Positions 1 through 6,124 of a DNA stretch of 7,374 nucleotides are shown in pieces. The notes under the pieces were generated by a model. It was not told the DNA's origin, did not search any database, and saw only the letters and a program-made list of their open reading frames with translations. The translations under genes and the position numbers were made by a program. How positions within the stretch are numbered: the stretch's first letter is position 1; the number at the start of each line of letters is the position of its first letter. The stretch lies in the NCBI GenBank assembly GCA_964468895.1, contig CAYXWT010000036.1, positions 1 through 7,374 of the forward strand. The letters are read 5' to 3'. This DNA is from an uncultured archaeon. GTDB taxonomy: Archaea; Iainarchaeota; Iainarchaeia; Iainarchaeales; CSSED10-239.

Positions 1-1
1 T

Positions 2-679
2 ATGCAACAATTATTAAATATAATTAATCAACCTAACTGGAAAGTTATGCTCTATGATTTAGTTAAAACTCACGAACTAGATCTTTGGAATATAAACTTA
101 ATAGATCTGTCAAATTTATATTTAGAAAAAATTGAACTTTTAGAAAGTAGTAATTTAATGGTTCCTGCTAATGCTCTACTTGCTGCAGCTATATTACTAA
201 AATTAAAAGCTTATTCTTTAAAACTAAGTTCTATTGAAGATGAAGAACCTGATGAATTAAAATTATTAAATGATGATGATTTTATTTTAAATAGTGCTAT
301 AGATCTAAATACTCCTACTAGATTAAAAGAAGGACAAGTTAGTTTAGATGAACTTATTGATGTTATTGATGTAATTATGCATAAACCTACTAAGAAAAAC
401 ATAGATCGAAGTATAAAAAAACTAAAAGAAGAAGTTAAGTTTGAAATTCCTAAAAAAACTAAAGATATAACTTTAAGAATAAATGAGTTTTATAATGAAA
501 TAAAACAAAATGTTGATTCTGAAAATTTAGTTTTATTTTCTAGTTTTTTAAAATTAGAAAAAAATTCTGGTTTAATTATAGATAACTATTTTATGCCATT
601 ATTATTCTTAGCTATGGATAATAAAATAGATGTTTGGCAAGAAGACTTCTTTTCAGAAATATTTATTAAAGTAATTTAA
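2..679 (+). CDS. scpA: Segregation and condensation protein A (ScpA, kleisin subunit of the SMC complex)
   Basis: The 225-aa ORF has an N-terminal region (WKVMLYDLVKTHELDLWNINLIDLSNLYLEKI...VPANALLAAAILLKLKAYSL) matching the ScpA pattern (PLDLLLHLI.k.kiDI.dIpi..It.QYl.yl ... geyLvmAa.Ll.iKsr.L). The C-terminal WQEDFFSEIFIKV resembles the ScpA winged-helix end (Q...FgeI.i). The ATG lies at window position 2, so an upstream extension cannot be excluded. scpB follows directly. Confidence 0.85.
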   Translation: MQQLLNIINQPNWKVMLYDLVKTHELDLWNINLIDLSNLYLEKIELLESSNLMVPANALLAAAILLKLKAYSLKLSSIEDEEPDELKLLNDDDFILNSAIDLNTPTRLKEGQVSLDELIDVIDVIMHKPTKKNIDRSIKKLKEEVKFEIPKKTKDITLRINEFYNEIKQNVDSENLVLFSSFLKLEKNSGLIIDNYFMPLLFLAMDNKIDVWQEDFFSEIFIKVI

Positions 680-703
680 AAATTGTTAAATATATTTTTG
701 TTG

Positions 704-1204
704 ATGATAATAATGAATTTAAAAGATAATACTCAAAATTTAGATGTAGATTATAATAACCTAAAATGTTCTATTGAAGCAATAATATTTATGAGCCCAA
801 GATCTATTAGCTTAGCTAAGATTTGTAAAAGTATTTCTAATATAGATAAAAATCTTGTTGAATTACAAGTTTTTGAACTTATTAATGAATATAATAAAAG
901 AAATACTTCTATAAAAATAGTTTATGATCAAAAAAAAGTTGAAATGGTATTAAAACCAGAATTTCAAAAATATTCTTCTTTTGCAATATCTACTAAACTT
1001 AGTCATGGTGAATTGAAAACATTAGGTCTGATTTCTTTAAATAGTCCAGTTGAACAAAGTAAAATTACAAAAAAAAGACCTTATAATAATTTAAATATAT
1101 TAAAAGAATTAGATTTAATTAAAGTTACTAAAAAAGGTCATAAAAACATATTATCTACTACTAAAAAGTTTAATATTTTATATAATAAAAAACATAAGAT
1201 TTAA
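704..1204 (+). CDS. scpB: Segregation and condensation protein B (ScpB, kite subunit)
   Basis: IEAIIFMSPRSISLAKICKSI matches the ScpB N-terminal wHTH (lEAlLF.s.epls...la). LSHGELKTLGLISLNSPVEQSKITKKR matches LS.aalEtLaiIAY.QPiTr.eie.iRG. STTKKFNILYN resembles TT.kFL..fgl. The start is uncertain: in-frame TTG 683, ATG 704 and ATG 713 are all possible. The TTG version adds a hydrophobic MLNIFLLMII extension that is atypical for ScpB. The gene starts 25-34 nt after the scpA stop, consistent with an operon. Confidence 0.8.
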   Translation: MIIMNLKDNTQNLDVDYNNLKCSIEAIIFMSPRSISLAKICKSISNIDKNLVELQVFELINEYNKRNTSIKIVYDQKKVEMVLKPEFQKYSSFAISTKLSHGELKTLGLISLNSPVEQSKITKKRPYNNLNILKELDLIKVTKKGHKNILSTTKKFNILYNKKHKI

Positions 1205-1267
1205 TATGTTTATGTTTAAATATAATATAGTGTATGTATTTTAAAATATATAAAAAAAAGATTAATT

Positions 1268-3544
1268 GTGATAAATATAAAATATAAAGAAAAAATAAAT
1301 TTGAAATTTTTGAAAGTATTTGTAATTGTATTTGTAGTGTTGTTTTCTCTAAATGCTTTTGCATATGTTCCTGAAGCTAATATGAAAATATTTGCAGTAA
1401 ATTCTTCAAAGGTTGCAATGGATGCTGATTTACATATTAAAATTGAAGAAGGAACTGGTAAAATGTATTCTTCTATAAATTCTTCAGTAGGTAGTTCTAC
1501 TCAAGAGTCTGAAAGAAATGCTGTAGATATATGTGAAGATTTAATAGATAATATTAAAGGCAAATATAATTATTATTTTGATATTGAATCAAATGCAAGT
1601 AGTATAGATGGTCCTTCAGCTGGAGCAGCAATGGCTTTATTATTAGTTAGTATGCATTCAGATAAAGATCTAAATGGAAAAGTAAGTATTACTGGAACTA
1701 TTAGTTCTGAAGGTTATGTAGGCGATGTTGGTGGGATTTATGAAAAAGCAAAAAAAGCTGGAAAAATTGGAATTAAATTATTTATGATACCTTCTGGAAA
1801 TCGTGAACAAATGATTGAAGAAGATGGAGAAGTTCAATTAATAGATTTAGTAGATTATGCTTATAGTAATTGGGATTTAAAAATAGTTGAAGTAGGTACT
1901 ATTAAACAAGTTAAAAAATATGCACAAATGAATATAGATGATATTGATATTAATGCTCAAAATATAGATCCTGCATTAGATTTTGTTCCTAGTAAAATTA
2001 AATATTCTAAAAGTTTAGAACCTATGAGAGAAATTGTTGATAAATATTTAGTAGATTCTAATAATACTTTAAATAATGCAGAAAGTAGTGTTACTGAAAG
2101 TATAATTAAAGATAGTACTGTTACTCAAAGCTTATTGTCTTTTTTAAATTATGCTAAATCTAGTATAAAAGAAGCACAAAAATATTCTTCTTCTAATTAT
2201 TTATATACTGCTGCTAATAGTTCTTATTTAGCACAAATTTATTCTATAACTGTTGATGAAATTGTAAAGAATCCTTCTATATTAAAAAATGATTCTACAA
2301 TTTTAGATATTAAATTAGAAGATTTAGAAAAAAAAATAGATTTAGTAGAAAATAGATCTAAATTATGTTCTTTAGATAAAATGGAATGGTGTATAGGTGC
2401 TAAGCAAAGAATTACTTGGTCTAGAAATAAATTGTCTGAACTTAAAAGTAATAGCAATAGTGATGCACTTTCTAAAATATTAGATCTTGCATATGCTACT
2501 GCTTGGTGTGATATTGCTGATGATTTTTTAGATGTTGCTATAAATAATTCTGATATTAAATTTGTAGAAAGTAATTATTTTAGAAATTTAGCTCAAGAAT
2601 ATATAGTAAATATAGAAAATCAATTAGTAGTTGTTGATATAGATGAAAGTTCTGATTCTGATTTACAAAGAAGAGTTAATGCTGCTAGAACTAATTTTGA
2701 TAAAGGCTGGTATGTAACTTCTTTATATGATAGTGCTAGTGCACTTGCAGTTTTAGAATCTAAAAATCAAAATAATCAAGAAATATTTAATGAAACTGAA
2801 TTTTATGCCAATTATAATTATTTATTAGAAGAATTAAGAACTAATAACTCTCTAAATAGTTCAGTAAATATTTGGTCTAAGTTATATTTAGATCATGCTT
2901 TAATGTTTGAAGAATCTAATAAATTTTTTAAAGATAAAGATAATAAAAAAGCAGATACAAATTTAAAAACTGCTAATTCTATTATGCAAATATCTAAAAA
3001 TCTTTATGAAGTTGAAAACATTATTTTAGAATATTATAATAATGCAGATATTCAAAGTATTGTTGTTGAAGTTGTAGATGGTGATCTTAATGTTGTTTCT
3101 AAAGATCATTTTAATCAAAATACTTCTAATAATCAAAAACAAGATGTTTATGTTATAGCTAATGATAAATCTAAAGGTAATAATAATTTTATGATTTATG
3201 TTTATATGGCTGCTTTATTTTTGATAGTTATAGTAGTTGTTGTAGAACTAGAAAAACAAACTAATAAAAAAGCAAAACTACAAAAACAACTTTCAGATCT
3301 TGACGAAAAATTATTAGATGGTAAAATTAGTGAATTTACTTATAAAGAAATGAGACATAGATATTTATTAGATTTAAGTTTATTAAAATCTAAATCTGAT
3401 TGTGACAAAGATATTCTTAAAGAACATAGGTTAATTGTAAAAAAAATCTGTAAAATTCATCCTTCTTTAGTTGTTCAAATGAAAAAAAGATCTGAACAAA
3501 AAAATGTAAAAAGTAAAACTAAAAAGAAAAGTTCTAAAAAGTAA
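1268..3544 (+). CDS. Membrane-anchored or secreted Lon-like serine protease (S16 proteolytic domain only, no AAA+ module) with a long helical ectodomain, a second TM and a cytoplasmic SHOCT-like/Lys-rich tail
   Basis: The N-terminus has a Lys-rich n-region, the hydrophobic core FLKVFVIVFVVLFSLNAFA, and an AFA|YV signal-peptidase-like site. Lon proteolytic-domain motifs are present: SIDGPSAGAAMALLLVS (Ser117, nt 1616-1618), ITGTISSEG, and VGGIYEKAKKAGKIGIKLFMIPSGN (Lys160, nt 1745-1747). The Ser-to-Lys spacing of 43 residues matches E. coli Lon S679/K722. The second TM, FMIYVYMAALFLIVIVVVVEL, is at residues 641-661 (nt 3188-3250). The start is ambiguous: GTG 1268 or in-frame TTG 1301, which would give MKFLKVF... 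Confidence 0.8.
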   Translation: MINIKYKEKINLKFLKVFVIVFVVLFSLNAFAYVPEANMKIFAVNSSKVAMDADLHIKIEEGTGKMYSSINSSVGSSTQESERNAVDICEDLIDNIKGKYNYYFDIESNASSIDGPSAGAAMALLLVSMHSDKDLNGKVSITGTISSEGYVGDVGGIYEKAKKAGKIGIKLFMIPSGNREQMIEEDGEVQLIDLVDYAYSNWDLKIVEVGTIKQVKKYAQMNIDDIDINAQNIDPALDFVPSKIKYSKSLEPMREIVDKYLVDSNNTLNNAESSVTESIIKDSTVTQSLLSFLNYAKSSIKEAQKYSSSNYLYTAANSSYLAQIYSITVDEIVKNPSILKNDSTILDIKLEDLEKKIDLVENRSKLCSLDKMEWCIGAKQRITWSRNKLSELKSNSNSDALSKILDLAYATAWCDIADDFLDVAINNSDIKFVESNYFRNLAQEYIVNIENQLVVVDIDESSDSDLQRRVNAARTNFDKGWYVTSLYDSASALAVLESKNQNNQEIFNETEFYANYNYLLEELRTNNSLNSSVNIWSKLYLDHALMFEESNKFFKDKDNKKADTNLKTANSIMQISKNLYEVENIILEYYNNADIQSIVVEVVDGDLNVVSKDHFNQNTSNNQKQDVYVIANDKSKGNNNFMIYVYMAALFLIVIVVVVELEKQTNKKAKLQKQLSDLDEKLLDGKISEFTYKEMRHRYLLDLSLLKSKSDCDKDILKEHRLIVKKICKIHPSLVVQMKKRSEQKNVKSKTKKKSSKK

Positions 3545-3545
3545 C

Positions 3546-3553
3546 TTTTTTTT
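3546..3553 (+). terminator. T8 tract immediately after the protease gene stop codon
   Basis: The TAA stop at 3542-3544 is followed by C and then T8, with T5 a little further on. The tract overlaps the complement of the trm5 stop codon (3552-3554). Confidence 0.45.
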
Positions 3554-4592
3554 ATTTTTCTATTTTTATATCTAAAACTATTTGCACAATAGAAGGAGAA
3601 TAGGATCTAATTATTCTTTTATTTATTATATCTAATTTTATATTTTTTTCTTGAGCTTTATTTTTAATAATGGTGTCAATTTCACTATAGGGATCATTTT
3701 TAGGAACAAATCTATAAATATGTATTATACATTTATTTTTAGAGCATTTTATAGCATCATCTAGAAATAAATCTGCAGATTTTGGTAAAGGCATAACAAT
3801 TCTATTAAAATAATTTTTATAATTGTTAGATACTTCTTTAACATCTCCTAATATTACTTTTATTTTATGTTCTAGTTTATTAAGTTTTAAGTTTTCTTTA
3901 AAATAATCTATAGCAATAGGATTTAATTCAATACCTATAATTTCTTTAGGATTTTTATTTTTTGCAATTGCTAGAGCAAATGGTCCTGCTCCTGCAAAAA
4001 ATACACCTACAATTTCTGTATCTTGAACTAAATCTGTAATTCTTGTTCTTTCAAATGATAATCTAGTTGAACAAAACACTTTTTCTACATCTATTTTAAT
4101 TTTACAATTATTCTCTTTAATAATTGTTTCTGTTTTATTGTCTCCTGATATGTATTGCATATTTTGAGTCCTAAACACCCCGTAGTGACCACCAGTTTTA
4201 CTAAGTACTGTTTTAATATGTGGGTGTAACAACATTAAGCCATCACCGATGATTGAGTAGTATTTACTATCTAAGTTGTCTAACCCTATTACAAGTATAT
4301 CTCCAATCATATCATATGCGCTACTTACTTTATTAATAATATCTTGTGGTAATTTTTTATTTTTTAATATATCTTTTAATTTTTTGGGTTTTTTATTTTG
4401 TTTAATATTTTTTTCTAAATTAATTATTTCATATTTTTGTAATAAAGCATTATTTTCATCTAATATAGGTACAATAATATAATCATCTTTTCTTTCAATT
4501 TTATAGTTACGATTAACTAGGTTATTTCCTTTTAATTTTTGAAGTGTTATTTGTGCTTTATTTTTATTAATTTTAATACCTTTAATATTCAT
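3552..4592 (-). CDS. trm5: tRNA (guanine37-N1)-methyltransferase, Trm5 family (Met-10+ / Trm5b-like, three-domain form)
   Basis: The 346-aa protein is similar along its whole length to archaeal Trm5b as I recall it. The N-terminal D1 region reads KINKNKAQITLQKLKGNNLVNRNYKI. The D2 region contains YDMIGDILVI...GVFRTQ...FCSTRLSFERTRI. The SAM-binding motif is VGVFFAGAGPFALAIAK (nt 3975-4004). Further matches are ELNPIAIDYFKENLKLNKLEHKI and the loop RIVMPLPKSA (canonical NLPK; see finding). Its size and the D1 domain favour Trm5 over the shorter Taw2/Tyw2. Confidence 0.88.
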   Translation of the reverse strand: MNIKGIKINKNKAQITLQKLKGNNLVNRNYKIERKDDYIIVPILDENNALLQKYEIINLEKNIKQNKKPKKLKDILKNKKLPQDIINKVSSAYDMIGDILVIGLDNLDSKYYSIIGDGLMLLHPHIKTVLSKTGGHYGVFRTQNMQYISGDNKTETIIKENNCKIKIDVEKVFCSTRLSFERTRITDLVQDTEIVGVFFAGAGPFALAIAKNKNPKEIIGIELNPIAIDYFKENLKLNKLEHKIKVILGDVKEVSNNYKNYFNRIVMPLPKSADLFLDDAIKCSKNKCIIHIYRFVPKNDPYSEIDTIIKNKAQEKNIKLDIINKRIIRSYSPSIVQIVLDIKIEK

Positions 4593-4690
4593 ATAAATCT
4601 TATTTTTATTTTTAAAGAAAAACAGTTCTTTTATATTAAATTTAATATAAATAATATTTATAAAATAGTTTATTCTAATTATATGTAGTT

Positions 4691-5503
4691 ATGATATATT
4701 TATTTAGTATTTTAGGAGAATTTAATATATTAAATACTATTTTATTTTCTATTATAATTATATATCTCTATTTTTTGTTTTATAAAATTATTTCTAAGTA
4801 TATAGTAATAGATCTTAATTTTGTATATTCAATAATACCTTTTTTAGTTTTAGGAGGTTTATTAAGAGTTTTAGAACAAGATTATAGTTCTGTAGGAGGA
4901 CTTGTTAGTTGTTCAACTAATGTTACAAATATAGGTTTTTACTTTTGTACACCTGGTTTTTTAATATTAATATTTTTAATTTATTTGTTTTTTTTAGTTG
5001 TAAGTATATTTTTAAGTAAAAAAACAAAATTTAAGTATTATTTTATATTAAATGTATTTTCTGGTTTTTTAATAATTCCTTTATTTATTTATACTATATT
5101 TAATTTTACTTATTTTAATTTATTTTTATTAACTTTTGTTTTAAGTTTTTTATTATTATTTTTAATAAGTTTTGTTTTTAAAATATTAAAATCAAATCTA
5201 TTAATTTCTAAAATTAACAAAATAGTATTATTTTCAGAAATATTAGATGGTTGTGCTACAAGTATAGGAATTTTATATTTTAAAGATGTTTTTGTAGAAC
5301 AACATGTCTTATCCAGAGTTATATGTAATATATCACCATATCTATTTGTTTTTTTTAAAATCATTTTTACTTTATTATTTTTATATTTAGTAAATAGATA
5401 TGTATCAAATAAAAGAGAACAAATCTATATTAAATTAATAATCATTATCTTAGGATTATTAACAGGTTTTAGAACAACCCTAAGTATTTCATTATTGGTT
5501 TAA
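4691..5503 (+). CDS. Polytopic integral membrane protein, probably of the archaeal DUF63 (PF01889-like) family
   Basis: The 270-aa protein is extremely hydrophobic, with about 7 predicted TM segments. LGGLLRVLEQD, LDGCATSIGILYF...EQHVLSRV and the C-terminal GLLTGFRTTL resemble, from memory, conserved DUF63 blocks (G..lRvleD; lDa.aT..gi...y.E.hvl; G..pG.Rn.l). The family call needs an HMM search. The CDS call itself is strong. Confidence 0.6.
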   Translation: MIYLFSILGEFNILNTILFSIIIIYLYFLFYKIISKYIVIDLNFVYSIIPFLVLGGLLRVLEQDYSSVGGLVSCSTNVTNIGFYFCTPGFLILIFLIYLFFLVVSIFLSKKTKFKYYFILNVFSGFLIIPLFIYTIFNFTYFNLFLLTFVLSFLLLFLISFVFKILKSNLLISKINKIVLFSEILDGCATSIGILYFKDVFVEQHVLSRVICNISPYLFVFFKIIFTLLFLYLVNRYVSNKREQIYIKLIIIILGLLTGFRTTLSISLLV

Positions 5504-5512
5504 TTTAAATTT

Positions 5513-5535
5513 AAGATATATTTATATATCTTTTT
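5513..5535 (+). terminator. AT-rich hairpin plus T5 after the DUF63-like gene
   Basis: AAGATATA (5513-5520) pairs with TATATCTT (5525-5532) around a TTTA loop and runs into T5 (5531-5535), 10 nt after the stop codon. It has only one G-C pair, so it may be a chance palindrome. The T tract alone could still terminate transcription. Confidence 0.3.
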
Positions 5536-5547
5536 GTAAGTATATTA

Positions 5548-5572
5548 TTTATAAAAGTACTATTTTTATATA
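5548..5572 (+). promoter_or_regulatory. TATA-like boxes upstream of tRNA-Asn
   Basis: TTTATAAAA (5548-5556) and TTTATATA (5565-5572) lie 20-45 bp upstream of the mature tRNA 5' end. Which one is used cannot be decided from sequence. Confidence 0.3.
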
Positions 5573-5591
5573 AAAATATTATCTTGTTTTT

Positions 5592-5664
5592 GCCTCGGTG
5601 GCTCAGTGGTTAGAGCAATCGGCTGTTAACCGATAGGTCGAAGGTTCAAATCCTTCTCGGGGCG
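5592..5664 (+). tRNA. tRNA-Asn (anticodon GUU), no intron, CCA not encoded
   Basis: It folds as a 73-nt cloverleaf. The acceptor stem is GCCTCGG/TCGGGGC (7 bp, with two G-T pairs). The D arm is GCTC-AGTGGTT-AGAGC. The anticodon stem is ATCGG/CCGAT with loop CTGTTAA (GTT at 5625-5627). The variable loop is AGGTC, the T arm is GAAGG-TTCAAAT-CCTTC, and the discriminator is G5664. It is a sharp GC-rich island in AT-rich DNA and is followed immediately by T6. Confidence 0.95.
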
Positions 5665-5695
5665 TTTTTTACTATTTTTTTAGATTGTTTTTTTT
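5665..5695 (+). terminator. Oligo-T termination tracts downstream of tRNA-Asn
   Basis: T6 (5665-5670), T7 (5675-5681) and T8 (5688-5695) start directly after the discriminator base. Archaeal RNA polymerase terminates at oligo-T tracts. Confidence 0.6.
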
Positions 5696-5734
5696 ACATT
5701 CTATTTATATATGTTTTTGATACTAAGTTATTAG

Positions 5735-5755
5735 TACTGTAAGTAATATACAGTA
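5735..5755. promoter_or_regulatory. Inverted repeat TACTGTA-N7-TACAGTA upstream of the trx-wHTH bicistron (candidate operator)
   Basis: The arms are perfect 7-bp repeats (5735-5741 and 5749-5755), each containing two G/C positions, separated by a 7-bp spacer. The repeat abuts the TATA-like TTAAAATATA (about 5759-5768) that is correctly placed for an SD-led trx transcript. Confidence 0.4.
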
Positions 5756-5787
5756 TTGTTAAAATATATTTTTAAAAAAATAAAAAA

Positions 5788-5794
5788 AGGTGAT
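5788..5794 (+). promoter_or_regulatory. Shine-Dalgarno-like ribosome-binding site of thioredoxin
   Basis: AGGTGAT is complementary to the conserved 3' end of 16S rRNA (..GAUCACCUCCU) and lies just upstream of ATG 5798. It is one of only two SD-like sites in the window. Confidence 0.7.
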
Positions 5795-5797
5795 TTT

Positions 5798-6118
5798 ATG
5801 TCTATAGTTCATATAACTGATTCTAATTTTAATGAAGAAGTAGTAAATTCTAGTATTCCTGTAATAATTGATTTTTGGGCACCATGGTGTGGTCCTTGTC
5901 AAATGATGGGTCCTGTTTTTGAAGAAATAAGTAAAGATTATGAAGGTAAATTAAAATTTGTAAAAGTTAATACAGAAAATAATTCTAATATATCTAGTCA
6001 ATTTAATATTACTGGTATTCCTGCTTTAATAATTACAAAACAAGGAAAAGAAGTAAATAGATTAGTAGGATTTATGCCTAAAGAAATATTAAAACAAAAA
6101 ATTAATGAGCTTTTATAG
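5798..6118 (+). CDS. trxA: Thioredoxin
   Basis: The active site WAPWCGPCQMMGP is present (Cys codons at 5888-5890 and 5897-5899). The cis-Pro loop is ITGIPALII, and the length from ATG 5798 is 106 aa. AGGTGAT (5788-5794) lies 3-4 nt upstream of this ATG and is complementary to the 16S 3' end. The ORF-track TTG start at 5756 would add 14 residues that are atypical for a thioredoxin and would swallow the SD. Confidence 0.93.
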   Translation: MSIVHITDSNFNEEVVNSSIPVIIDFWAPWCGPCQMMGPVFEEISKDYEGKLKFVKVNTENNSNISSQFNITGIPALIITKQGKEVNRLVGFMPKEILKQKINELL

Positions 6119-6124
6119 ATAAAT

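Noticed and set aside
211-402. 63-aa minus-strand ORF inside scpA. The same applies to the ORFs at 1170-1364 (-), 2239-2457 (-), 4276-4482 (+) and 5110-5364 (-).
   Set aside because: All lie antisense to, and (apart from 1170-1364, which spans the scpB end, the intergenic spacer and the protease start) fully within, much longer ORFs with recognisable protein families. Their translations are low-complexity Ser/Phe/Leu/Ile/Lys strings typical of shadow frames in AT-rich DNA, and none has promoter or RBS context.
683-703. TTG start for scpB giving a hydrophobic MLNIFLL leader.
   Set aside because: ScpB is a soluble cytoplasmic protein. In-frame ATGs at 704 and 713 give a more typical N-terminus. 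This cannot be settled without homologue alignment, so the alternative is noted in the feature.
702-708. C-box-like TGATGA motifs (also near 251-256, 272-280 and 2517-2523) that might mark C/D-box sRNAs.
   Set aside because: All lie inside coding regions. None has a CTGA D box at the expected ~50-70 nt distance with terminal complementarity, and Asp/Met codon runs in AT-rich genes generate TGATGA by chance.
1205-1267. Short tandem ATGTTT-ATGTTT and multiple TATA-like strings between scpB and the protease gene.
   Set aside because: This is a two-copy hexamer in nearly pure A/T sequence, indistinguishable from background. The region is most simply a promoter or spacer, and I cannot say which TATA-like string is functional.
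5756-5797. TTG-initiated 14-codon N-terminal extension of thioredoxin (MLKYIFKKIKKGDF).
   Set aside because: It would include the AGGTGAT Shine-Dalgarno site in the coding region. ATG 5798 gives a canonical ~106-aa thioredoxin with correct SD spacing.
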